Positions 19,544 through 27,841 of a stretch of DNA of 43,624 nucleotides are shown here, piece by piece; position 1 is the first letter of the stretch, and each line of letters opens with the position of its first letter. The stretch is from a virus (Duplodnaviria > Heunggongvirae > Uroviricota > Caudoviricetes): positions 1-43,624 of IMG/VR virus record IMGVR_UViG_2869924733_000007; one strand, written 5' to 3'. The notes below the pieces were generated by a model that was not told the origin of the DNA, searched no databases, and saw only the letters and a list, made by a program, of their open reading frames with translations. The translations under genes were made by a program, and so were the position numbers.

Positions 19544-19726
19544 ATGCGAAAGTTCAAAATTATTATTGAAACGGGAATAGCCGGTGGAGATTTCGAGGAT
19601 GAATTCGAAGTGGATGATGATGCGACGCCTGATGAAATACATGACGAAGCAAAAGATATTTTCTTTAACTACTGCAATTACTCATATCACGAAATAAAAG
19701 ACGAAGAGGAAGAACAAAATGGCTGA
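19544..19726 (+). CDS. Small acidic phage protein (60 aa), nin-region-like
   Basis: ORF MRKFKIIIETGIAGGDFEDEFEVDDD..., highly acidic. Confidence 0.4.
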   Translation: MRKFKIIIETGIAGGDFEDEFEVDDDATPDEIHDEAKDIFFNYCNYSYHEIKDEEEEQNG

Positions 19727-19895
19727 TTTTGGTTCAACTAAATACAACGTCAGTTTTGAAGAATGGCATGAACTGTTAATGGACTATGCAGAGTTACGTG
19801 GTGGCAGTGCTGCTGATGCTGAAGCATGGCGTGATGATTATGAAGCAGGAAAAACTCCGGTCGAAGCATATTGTGATGAGTGGGGCGATGAATGA
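19719..19895 (+). CDS. Small acidic phage protein (58 aa)
   Basis: ORF MADFGSTKYNVSFEEWHELLMDYAELRGGSAADAEAWRDDYEAGKTPVEAYCDEWGDE read directly from the sequence (below the ORF-track size cutoff). Confidence 0.35.
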   Translation: MADFGSTKYNVSFEEWHELLMDYAELRGGSAADAEAWRDDYEAGKTPVEAYCDEWGDE

Positions 19896-20256
19896 GCGAG
19901 ATTAATTATCAGGAAGGGCATGAAACGGCGGGGCAAGCAAAAACAGTGGCATGGCGATATCGCTACGTGAAAAAAAAGGCGTTACGGACTTTCAGGGGAA
20001 GTGGTGGTCTGGTGACTGGAAATATGTACCGAAAAAAGAGGATTGTAACGACAGGCCGAACTATGAAATTCAGGCCTTATTCACTGCCCCGCCAGTCCAA
20101 GTGACATCAGAAGGACTGGTTAAAGCCGTGCGCTTTTATGAACAGGTAAAGCGTGAGAATCCACCAGTCGAAACAGGAGCATGGAAAGACGCTGTTGACT
20201 GGGTACTCAAAGAGGCTTGCTGTGCTGTCATTCTGGGTAAAGCCGACAACCTACTA

Positions 20257-21409
20257 AATAGCTGCGCGGAATAGTAGATCACTTTGAGGGAACTTAGCCC
20301 GGATTGTGCGATCTGATCAATCGCCAAATCAAAACAAATCACCAACCGGACTGAGCAATGCCGATCATAGCACCAATTTCCCGTGACGAACGACGCCTGA
20401 TGCAGAAAGCCATCCATAAAACACACGATAAAAATTATGCCCGCAGACTGACTGCCATGCTGATGCTGCACCGGGGCGACCGTGTCAGCGACGTTGCCAG
20501 AACGCTCTGCTGCGCCCGTTCCTCTGTTGGACGCTGGATTAACTGGTTCACGCAGTCGGGTGTTGAGGGACTGAAATCATTACCTGCCGGGCGTGCCCGT
20601 CGCTGGCCGTTTGAGCATATCTGCACACTGTTACGTGAGCTGGTAAAACATTCTCCCGGCGACTTTGTCTACCAGCGTTCACGCTGGAGTACAGAACTGC
20701 TGGCAATAAAAATCAATGAGATAACCGGTTGCCAGTTAAATGCCGGAACCGTTCGCCGCTGGTTGCCGTCTGCGGGGATTGTGTGGCGAAGGGCTGCGCC
20801 AACTCTGCGTATCCGTGACCCGCATAAAGATGAAAAGATGGCAGCAATCCATAAAGCACTGGACGAATGCAGCGCAGAGCATCCGGTCTTTTATGAAGAT
20901 GAAGTGGATATCCATCTTCATCCCAAAATCGGTGCGGACTGGCAACTGCGCGGACAGCAAAAACGGGTGGTCACGCCGGGACAGAATGAAAAATATTATC
21001 TGGCCGGAGCGCTGCACAGCGGGACAGGTAAAGTCAGCTATGTGGGCGGCAACAGCAAAAGTTCGGCGCTGTTCATCAGCCTGCTGAAGCGGCTTAAAGC
21101 GACATACCGTCGGGCGAAAACCATCACGCTGATCGTGGACAACTACATTATCCACAAAAGCCGGGAAACACAGAGCTGGCTGAAGGAGAACCCGAAGTTC
21201 AGGGGCATTTATCAGCCGGTTTACTCGCCATGGGTGAATCATGTTGAACGGCTATGGCAGGCACTTCACGACACAATAACGCGTAATCATCAGTGCCGCT
21301 CAATGTGGCAACTGTTGAAAAAAGTTCGCCATTTTATGGAAACCGTCAGCCCATTCCCCGGAGGCAAACATGGACTGGCAAAAGTGTAGCGGTATTAAGC
21401 GCAGCTATT
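20257..21409 (+). mobile_element. IS630 copy 2 (1153 bp) at CTAG with TA duplication
   Basis: TA at 20255..20256 and 21410..21411; same terminal repeats as copy 1. Confidence 0.85.
20358..21389 (+). CDS. IS630 transposase
   Basis: 343-aa ORF, one substitution relative to copy 1. Confidence 0.9.
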   Translation: MPIIAPISRDERRLMQKAIHKTHDKNYARRLTAMLMLHRGDRVSDVARTLCCARSSVGRWINWFTQSGVEGLKSLPAGRARRWPFEHICTLLRELVKHSPGDFVYQRSRWSTELLAIKINEITGCQLNAGTVRRWLPSAGIVWRRAAPTLRIRDPHKDEKMAAIHKALDECSAEHPVFYEDEVDIHLHPKIGADWQLRGQQKRVVTPGQNEKYYLAGALHSGTGKVSYVGGNSKSSALFISLLKRLKATYRRAKTITLIVDNYIIHKSRETQSWLKENPKFRGIYQPVYSPWVNHVERLWQALHDTITRNHQCRSMWQLLKKVRHFMETVSPFPGGKHGLAKV

Positions 21410-21560
21410 TAGCATCCAGTAATCAGGTTAGCGAATTAACAATGTGGGTTAAACGACTGGTCAGTCAACTGAAAAAAGCTAAGCCTGACTGCAAATTACC
21501 GGAGAAGGCGATGGATTACCTGAAGCGAAATGGACTGATAAGCGTGGAGGATGTTTTACG

Positions 21561-21644
21561 ATGACCTGGCCTGAAGCATTCACCACGGTAGGAATTGCAA
21601 TGGCGGTGGCGCTGGTTGTGTATTCGATTTGCCGCTGGGGGTAA
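21561..21644 (+). CDS. 27-aa hydrophobic peptide, translationally coupled (ATGA overlap) to the upstream gene
   Basis: MTWPEAFTTVGIAMAVALVVYSICRWG; single predicted transmembrane helix; followed by a hairpin terminator. Confidence 0.3.
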   Translation: MTWPEAFTTVGIAMAVALVVYSICRWG

Positions 21645-21647
21645 GGT

Positions 21648-21670
21648 AAACCAGCCCCGAACGGGCTGGT
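21648..21670. terminator. Hairpin between convergent genes (ccagccccgaacgggctgg)
   Basis: Perfect 8-bp stem with aac loop between the + strand peptide gene and the - strand gene. Confidence 0.4.
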
Positions 21671-21673
21671 AAT

Positions 21674-21961
21674 TTAAAGAGGTAATTTGATGATGGCTGT
21701 CAGTGCGCCAACAGCAACGACGAGCATGCCACCAAATCTGACGGTCAGTTGCAGGCTGAGTTTGTCTATTTTTGCATCAAGGGCTGCAATGTCGTTTTTT
21801 AGTTCAGTTCTGACATCATTTAGGTCGCGCTTTGTGGCGACTTCTGCGGCTTCGTGAGAATCTTTCACTGCGGCAGATATAGCGCGCGCCTGAGCTGCCG
21901 GCATTCCTGCGGCTTCCAAGGTTTCGACGAACTTCAGTGTATCAAAATAGACCTGAGCCAT
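21674..21961 (-). CDS. Coiled-coil plus C-terminal transmembrane protein (DUF1640-like)
   Basis: 95 aa; heptad-rich region followed by hydrophobic tail GGMLVVAVGALTAIIKLPL. Confidence 0.45.
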   Translation of the reverse strand: MAQVYFDTLKFVETLEAAGMPAAQARAISAAVKDSHEAAEVATKRDLNDVRTELKNDIAALDAKIDKLSLQLTVRFGGMLVVAVGALTAIIKLPL

Positions 21962-22137
21962 GTTAAATCCTTCGTTGTTGGGGAATATTGTTAGTTTAGC
22001 CTGTAGTGGCTGTTGACGACAACGTTAATCCGGGGCTATATTCCTCACGCGCCAGCAAAATCTGGCGTCGGGATTGGCGTCCCGGATATCGAAATGAGGT
22101 GTACTGGCAATAGCGGACACTACCATTTGTTCTTTTT

Positions 22138-22956
22138 TTAAGCAGCCATCTGATGATATTGTTCCCTGAAGGCTGCCGGGGAGATATTCCCCAGACGAGA
22201 GTGACGACGCTGACGATTGTAGAAAATCTCAATGTATTCCCGTATTACTGAGATGGCTTCATCCCGGTTATTAAAACGATAGTGGCTCAGGCTCTCATTT
22301 TTCAGCGTTCCCCAGAAGCTTTCCATCGGAGCGTTGTCGTAACAGTTACCTTTACGCGACATTGATGTTTTCAGACCAAACTGCTCCTGTATGACCCGGT
22401 AATCGTATGCGCAGTACTGTGAACCTCGATCAGAGTGGTGGATTAGCCCGGCAGGTGGGCGCTGGCTCCTGAGCGCCATAAACAGGGCTTTACCTGTCAG
22501 CTCTTTTGTCATGCGCTCTCCCATGGCGTAGCCGACAATTTCGCACGTATAAACATCTTTGATGCCAGCGAGGTACAACCATCCCTCCTGTGTGGCAACA
22601 TACGTCAGGTCCGCCACCCAGACCTGATTTGGTGCTGTAGGAGCGAACGTCTGGTTCAGCAGATTTGGCGCAACTGGCAGATTGTGGTTCGGGTTCGTAG
22701 TCGCTCTGAACTTGCGTTTCTGCTTACAGCGTAGCCTTAGCTCCTTACGAAGACGTGCCAGTCGGTCACGACCAACGATGATGCCATTCTCTGCCAGCTC
22801 CGTCTGGAGCCGCCGGGTTCCATATGTTTCGCGAGTGCGGATATGGGCCACCTTAATCTCCAGTTTTAGCCGCTCATCACTTTGTTTTCTGTCTGAGGGT
22901 TCATGCTGTACCCGGTTGTAATAACCGCTCCTGGATACACCAAATACCTGACACAT
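22138..22956 (-). CDS. IS600 OrfB
   Basis: 272-aa ORF identical to copy 1. Confidence 0.8.
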   Translation of the reverse strand: MCQVFGVSRSGYYNRVQHEPSDRKQSDERLKLEIKVAHIRTRETYGTRRLQTELAENGIIVGRDRLARLRKELRLRCKQKRKFRATTNPNHNLPVAPNLLNQTFAPTAPNQVWVADLTYVATQEGWLYLAGIKDVYTCEIVGYAMGERMTKELTGKALFMALRSQRPPAGLIHHSDRGSQYCAYDYRVIQEQFGLKTSMSRKGNCYDNAPMESFWGTLKNESLSHYRFNNRDEAISVIREYIEIFYNRQRRHSRLGNISPAAFREQYHQMAA

Positions 22957-23033
22957 CGCTTCAATGGGAAATTGTTGTCGCCATTGTTCGATTAACGCGT
23001 ATTTTTCAGCGACTCCTGTGCAAAATACGCTGT

Positions 23034-24254
23034 TGTAGATTCAATCTGTCAATGCAACACCCCTTTCAATTATCTCTTTCGGTGTTTTGAACTTCAGTGT
23101 CTTTCTCGGTCTGTTGTTTAGCTGAGCAGCAACCAGATCTAGTTCATGTTGAGTATATTGGGCAAGACATGTCTTTTTAGGAAAGTACTGCCGAATTAGC
23201 CCATTTGTGTTCTCATTTGTTCCCCGCTGCCAAGGACTCTGAGGATCGCAGAAGTAAACTTTAACGCCGGTGCTGACAGTAAATTCTAGATGTCTGGCCA
23301 GTTCCATTCCTCTGTCCCATGTCAGTGATTTTCTGAGTTCTGACGGTAAACTCAGGAATTTGTCGGTAAGAGCCTGATTTACTGAGACAGAATCTTTGCC
23401 CCTGAGTCTAAGGATGATCGTATAACGTGATTTTCGGTCTACAAGTGTGGCTATATGAGAGTTTTTTGTACCTGAGACTAAATCGCCCTCCCAATGCCCC
23501 AGAGAGCGTCTGTTATCGATATTTCGGGAACGTTCGTGAATTGGTGTTCCGTTCACTATGTTAATCGTACCTCTTTCGCCTTTGCGGGTATGACGCCTGC
23601 CATGGCGAAGGCTATGCGACCGTCGCAGATGCTGTATATTCAGGTGGTGTAGCGCTTCACGGCTACGAAAGTACAGCGTTTTATAAATTGTCTCAGGTGA
23701 TATTCGCAGCGTTTTTTGACGTGGTTTTGTTCGCCTTAACCATCCTGATATTTGCTCTGGAGACCATTTCATCTCCAGCTTTTCCAGAACAAGCTTTCGC
23801 AATGGTAAATTTTGATCCAGTAAGCACGGTTTTGGCCTTTTCGCCATTCTGTTGGCTCGGTTATTAGCATCAACAGCTTTGTAATAGCGTCTGCCCCGAT
23901 TACGCTGAACTTCACGTGAGATCGTCGAAGGACTGCGATTCAGCGCAGTAGCTATCGCACGAATGCTCATTTTGGCTGACAAACCAGCTCGTATCTCCTC
24001 GCGCTCAGACAGTGTCAGGTGAGCTACAGCCCGCTTACGCTCATGGGGTTTTATGCCGCCAGTATCCCTTAACATAGTGAAGATCGTTCCGGGTTTTGAA
24101 CCCAGGATATTCGCTATTTCACTGAAGCCTGTTCCGTTCTTCCATAGTTCAAAAACAGAGGCTTTTTCCTCTGCTGTAAATGTTCGTCTCATTCAAAAAA
24201 CCTCCGCAACCCCATGTTTTCACATAACTGTTGCGTTGACCAATTGAATCTACA
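23034..24254 (-). mobile_element. IS30 nested in IS600 (copy 3)
   Basis: Same offset as the other copies. Confidence 0.8.
23041..24192 (-). CDS. IS30 transposase
   Basis: 383-aa ORF identical to the other copies. Confidence 0.9.
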   Translation of the reverse strand: MRRTFTAEEKASVFELWKNGTGFSEIANILGSKPGTIFTMLRDTGGIKPHERKRAVAHLTLSEREEIRAGLSAKMSIRAIATALNRSPSTISREVQRNRGRRYYKAVDANNRANRMAKRPKPCLLDQNLPLRKLVLEKLEMKWSPEQISGWLRRTKPRQKTLRISPETIYKTLYFRSREALHHLNIQHLRRSHSLRHGRRHTRKGERGTINIVNGTPIHERSRNIDNRRSLGHWEGDLVSGTKNSHIATLVDRKSRYTIILRLRGKDSVSVNQALTDKFLSLPSELRKSLTWDRGMELARHLEFTVSTGVKVYFCDPQSPWQRGTNENTNGLIRQYFPKKTCLAQYTQHELDLVAAQLNNRPRKTLKFKTPKEIIERGVALTD

Positions 24255-24517
24255 GTTGCTTTTTTTAATATATCTCGCTCAAGGCGAGCTTCATTTAACG
24301 CCTTACGCAGTTGCAGAATTTCAGATTCCAGTTCAGCCACCGTGCGGGAACCAGGAGTACCGAGTCCTTTTCTGGCGGCGGTAACCCATTGTCCTAAAGT
24401 GCCTTCAGGAAGGGATAATCGGGAAGCGCCTTCACTGATCGAAAGTTGATTTTCAAGAACCGTTCTGACAGCTTCGGCTTTGAACTCTTTAGAGTAACGT
24501 TGGGTTTTTCTGCTCAT
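24255..24517 (-). CDS. IS600 OrfA (3' end displaced by IS30)
   Basis: Identical to copy 1 OrfA. Confidence 0.8.
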
Positions 24518-24584
24518 TATTAGCTCCTTCTGATGCCATTCTATTTCAGGAAGGAGTGTCCGTTAAACTCAGGCTACCTCAAAA

Positions 24585-24775
24585 CGGTGCATAACCGCGC
24601 TGGCGGTTTTTTTATGCGCTAAGCACAGTCACATTCGCGATTTATGGTGGGCTGTGTGGGGGAGTTGAGAGACTCGCCGGATGTTTCGACCGGTTACGCC
24701 AACCCTGCACAGTTCACCACCCAGCGATTGGCGTCGCAGGTGGTGAGTTAAAAACCATCGAAACGCGAGGTCGTT
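24585..24775 (+). promoter_or_regulatory. Conserved structured leader with intrinsic terminator (24591..24614) upstream of the second antirepressor-like gene (copy B)
   Basis: gcataaccgcgctggcggtttttttatgcg plus conserved tcaccacc...ggtggtgagttaa stem; homologous to 10543..10747 in inverted orientation. Confidence 0.45.
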
Positions 24776-25333
24776 ATGACTGTTCAGATTTCTGTCAAAA
24801 ACCTTTCCCCTGTTACCTATAACCAGATTCCTGTTATTACCACCGAACTTTTGGCGCAGCTTTACGGCACTGAGCCGGTGCGTATTCGCCAGAATCATCA
24901 TGAGAACAAAGTACGCTTCGTTGAAGGGAAACACTTTTTCAAAGTTGTTGGTAATGACCTTAAAGAATTGCGGGTAGCTTTAAACTACTCACAAAATCCC
25001 ATCTCTCCCAAAAACCGCTCCCTCATTCTCTGGACAGAACGCGGCGCAGCCCGCCACGCAAAAATGCTCGAAACCGATCAGGCGTGGGATGTGTTCGAAA
25101 AACTGGAAGACTGCTATTTCAGTCAAAAGGAGCCGTCAACGCCAGTTTCATGCCAGAAAAGTTACGACACGCGAGTTCTCTGTTATCAGCAAGGCGGTGT
25201 CACTGTTTCCACAATTCAGTTGCGGGATGATGATATTGTTATTTCCCTTGAGTCATGGCTGGAACTGGCGAGAGCCAATGGTTGGTTTGTTGTTCGCAGA
25301 GATAAACTGGTGGAAAGGCTGATGCAGCTTTAA
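24776..25333 (+). CDS. Phage antirepressor-like protein (KilA-N/ORF6N-type N-terminal domain, tentative)
   Basis: 185 aa; N-terminal ...ITTELLAQLYGTEPVRIRQNHHENKVRFVEGKHFFKVVG... resembles DNA-binding antirepressor N-domains; shares its 5' leader with rha. Confidence 0.45.
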   Translation: MTVQISVKNLSPVTYNQIPVITTELLAQLYGTEPVRIRQNHHENKVRFVEGKHFFKVVGNDLKELRVALNYSQNPISPKNRSLILWTERGAARHAKMLETDQAWDVFEKLEDCYFSQKEPSTPVSCQKSYDTRVLCYQQGGVTVSTIQLRDDDIVISLESWLELARANGWFVVRRDKLVERLMQL

Positions 25334-25424
25334 AAAGTTCTTGCAATTTTAGCCATAAACTGCTTCAATTCTTGTACGCTTCGCAAAGCTGTACCGCGAG
25401 GCGAATAGCAGACATGGACATTTG

Positions 25425-25452
25425 AAAGAGCCCGCTTTATGCGGGTTTTTTT
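25425..25452 (+). terminator. Intrinsic terminator after the antirepressor-like gene
   Basis: gagcccgc tttat gcgggt followed by tttttt. Confidence 0.5.
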
Positions 25453-25540
25453 ATACCTGAAAAACGGCACAGGACGTTAAACGTGCTGGTGGTCAGATGA
25501 GTTTGCAGATGTGATGACATATGGTTATTATTCTGCCTCC

Positions 25541-25617
25541 GGCCCTTTAGCTCAGTTGGTCAGAGCGAGCGACTCATAATCGCCAGGTCGCTGGTTCAAG
25601 TCCAGCAAGGGCCACCA
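25541..25617 (+). tRNA. tRNA with CAT anticodon, Ile2 (lysidine)-like
   Basis: Cloverleaf: acceptor ggccctt/aagggcc, T-arm gctgg-ttcaagt-ccagc, anticodon loop ctCATaa, 3' CCA; resembles recalled ileX/ileY. Confidence 0.7.
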
Positions 25618-25618
25618 A

Positions 25619-25695
25619 CCACCACTAGCTCATCCGGATAGAGCATCAACCTTCTAAGTTGACGGTGCGAGGTTCGAGTCCTCGGTGGTGGGCCA
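25619..25695 (+). tRNA. tRNA-Arg (anticodon TCT)
   Basis: Acceptor ccaccac/gtggtgg, anticodon stem tcaac/gttga with loop ctTCTaa, T-arm cgagg-ttcgagt-cctcg, 3' CCA. Confidence 0.65.
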
Positions 25696-25697
25696 GC

Positions 25698-25773
<76 letters not shown>

Positions 25774-25776
25774 TAT

Positions 25777-25851
<75 letters not shown>

Positions 25852-26463
25852 GCGAGATTTGAGACGAAGGTTGTTATTTGCACTGACACAATATTGTGTG
25901 GGAATGTCTGACTCCTTACCATCTCCTGTTCTGTGATGTTGTTTTGTTGCAGTTCCAGTGCTCTTTTTTCAGCACCAGAATGGTGCATTGTCGGTCAGGT
26001 TACGTAGTGAACCTCTGGCAGGGGACTGATAATGCATCATTCTGGTGTTGTAAATATCTCTTCGGACAACTTACAAAATATTCTAAGCAAACCCCGGGAA
26101 CACACTCTTAACTGCCTTGGCTGGCGGTTTTTTGTACAGTGCTCGGTATGTGTGAGCTGGAAATCAGATTTTGCATGGACTGGAATCATGCTGTTATTTA
26201 GGGGCGAAGAACTGGCTTTTTCTTCCGCCTTCTCACCAGTAATGATTAGAAAAATAATGAAATGCCCCCTCCGGGGAGGAGGACCGTAGAAAAAAGGACC
26301 CGCCAGCAAAAACATTGGGGATGAACAGCTTTCGCTACTCAGATTGCTGGCGGGTAAAGTTCCTCATGAATTAAGAATGCTACGCGATCTTTTTTAATGG
26401 AAATGAAAATTATTGTCAATTAGACGTGCGTGTTTTTTCATACAATATTGGTAAAGGTGATTC

Positions 26464-26496
26464 AGGCCATCAGAGTTTTGCTGATGGCCTTTTTTC
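26464..26496 (+). terminator. Intrinsic terminator just upstream of the lysis cassette (tR'-like position)
   Basis: aggccatcag agtttt gctgatggcct followed by tttttt. Confidence 0.5.
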
Positions 26497-26530
26497 TTTC
26501 CGATAGCACAGGTCTGTCGGGGGGCGGGAT

Positions 26531-26746
26531 ATGTATCAGATGGAAAAAATATCAACAGGCATTGCCTACGGCACCTCCGCCGGCAGTGCCGGCTACTGGT
26601 TTTTGCAGTGGTTGGATCAGGTCAGTCCATCACAGTGGGCTGCGATTGGTGTGCTGGGAAGTCTGCTTCTGGGGCTTCTGACTTATCTGACGAATCTGTA
26701 TTTCAAAATAAGAGAAGATAAGCGTAAGGCTGCGAGAGGTGAATAA
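26531..26746 (+). CDS. Phage holin (lambdoid class II-like)
   Basis: 71 aa, two hydrophobic segments, charged C-terminal tail ([13 protein letters not shown]); first gene of the lysis cassette. Confidence 0.7.
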   Translation: MYQMEKISTGIAYGTSAGSAGYWFLQWLDQVSPSQWAAIGVLGSLLLGLLTYLTNLYFKIREDKRKAARGE

Positions 26747-27243
26747 TGTCGCCATCATTACGCAAGGCTGTTGCAGTTGCTATTGGTGGCGGGGCTGTTG
26801 CTATAGCATCTGTGTTAATCACTGGCCCAAGTGGTAACGATGGTCTGGAAGGTGTCAGCTACATACCATACAAAGATATCATTGGTGTATGGACTGTATG
26901 TCACGGACACACCGGAAAAGACATCATGCCTGGTAAAACGTATACCGAAGCAGAATGCAAAGCTCTCCTGAATAAAGACCTTGCCACTGTCGCCAGACAA
27001 ATTAACCCGTACATCAAAGTCGATATACCGGAAACAACGCGCGGCGCTCTTTACTCGTTCGTTTACAACGTGGGCGCTGGCAATTTCAGAACATCGACGC
27101 TTCTTCGCAAAATAAACCAGGGCGATATCAAAGGCGCATGTGACCAGCTACGTCGCTGGACATATGCTGGCGGTAAGCAATGGAAAGGGCTGATGACCCG
27201 TCGTGAGATTGAGCGTGAAGTCTGTTTGTGGGGGCAGCAATGA
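26746..27243 (+). CDS. Endolysin (phage lysozyme) with N-terminal signal-anchor (SAR-type)
   Basis: 165 aa; hydrophobic N-terminus [18 protein letters not shown] then a lysozyme-like domain; start overlaps the holin stop (TAATG). Confidence 0.7.
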   Translation: MSPSLRKAVAVAIGGGAVAIASVLITGPSGNDGLEGVSYIPYKDIIGVWTVCHGHTGKDIMPGKTYTEAECKALLNKDLATVARQINPYIKVDIPETTRGALYSFVYNVGAGNFRTSTLLRKINQGDIKGACDQLRRWTYAGGKQWKGLMTRREIEREVCLWGQQ

Positions 27244-27704
27244 GCAGAGTCACCGCGATTATCTCCGCTCTGGTTATCTGCATCATCGTCTGCCTGTCAT
27301 GGGCTGTTAATCATTACCGTGATAACGCCATTACCTACAAAGAGCAGCGCGATAATGTGAAGGAAAAACTCAACCAGGCGACCGCAATCATTACTGACAT
27401 GCAGATACGCCAGCGTGATGTTGCTGCACTCGATGCAAAATACCTGAAGGAGTTAGCTGATGCAAAAGCTGAAAATGATGCTCTACGTGATGATGTTGCC
27501 GCTGGTCGTCGTCGGTTGCACATCAAAGCAGTCTGTCCGTCCGTGCGTGAAGCCACCATCGCCTCCAGCGTGGATAATGCAGTCTCCCCCAGACTGGCAG
27601 ACACCGCTGAACGGGATTATTTCACCCTCCGGGAACGACTGGTAATGATGCAGGCCCAACTTGAAGGTGCTCAGCAATACATAACCGAACAGTGTTTAAA
27701 GTAA
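27240..27704 (+). CDS. Rz-like inner-membrane spanin
   Basis: N-terminal TM ([16 protein letters not shown]), coiled-coil periplasmic domain; start overlaps the endolysin stop (ATGA). Confidence 0.7.
   Translation: MSRVTAIISALVICIIVCLSWAVNHYRDNAITYKEQRDNVKEKLNQATAIITDMQIRQRDVAALDAKYLKELADAKAENDALRDDVAAGRRRLHIKAVCPSVREATIASSVDNAVSPRLADTAERDYFTLRERLVMMQAQLEGAQQYITEQCLK
27460..27645 (+). CDS. Rz1-like outer-membrane lipoprotein spanin, embedded in the +1 frame of Rz
   Basis: 61 aa with lipobox LVVVGC and proline-rich mature region. Confidence 0.65.
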   Translation: MQKLKMMLYVMMLPLVVVGCTSKQSVRPCVKPPSPPAWIMQSPPDWQTPLNGIISPSGNDW

Positions 27705-27841
27705 AATCTTAACTACAATATGATTCATTTTGATGATTGTTTCATAAGGAACAGTGAAGTAAGATCTTAGAGGAGTTAAATTTTATACAGTATAATCATA
27801 ATATTGCAGCAAGGTGGTTATAATTGAAAGAATATTTATAT

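Larger units (their letters stand above)
19892..21564 (+). pseudogene. Hypothetical phage gene with overlapping frames at an A8 run (19970..19977) and interrupted by IS630
   Basis: Frame 1 (MSEINYQEGHETAGQAK...) and -1 frame (MAISLREKKGVTDFQGKWW...) overlap at A-AAA-AAG; the -1 frame continues across the IS630 insertion (..KADNLL|ASSNQVSELTMWVKRL...VEDVLR*). Confidence 0.45.
22095..24581 (-). mobile_element. Composite IS600::IS30 copy 3 (2487 bp), 3-bp TSD AAA
   Basis: AAA at 22092..22094 and 24582..24584. Confidence 0.85.

Noticed and set aside
19892-19903. Recurring 12-mer atgagcgagatt at 19892 and 29437 (and a similar gtgagtgaaatt at 17722) as a possible shared gene family start
   Set aside because: A single exact 12-mer match is expected by chance many times in a 43-kb window, and the downstream sequences diverge immediately.
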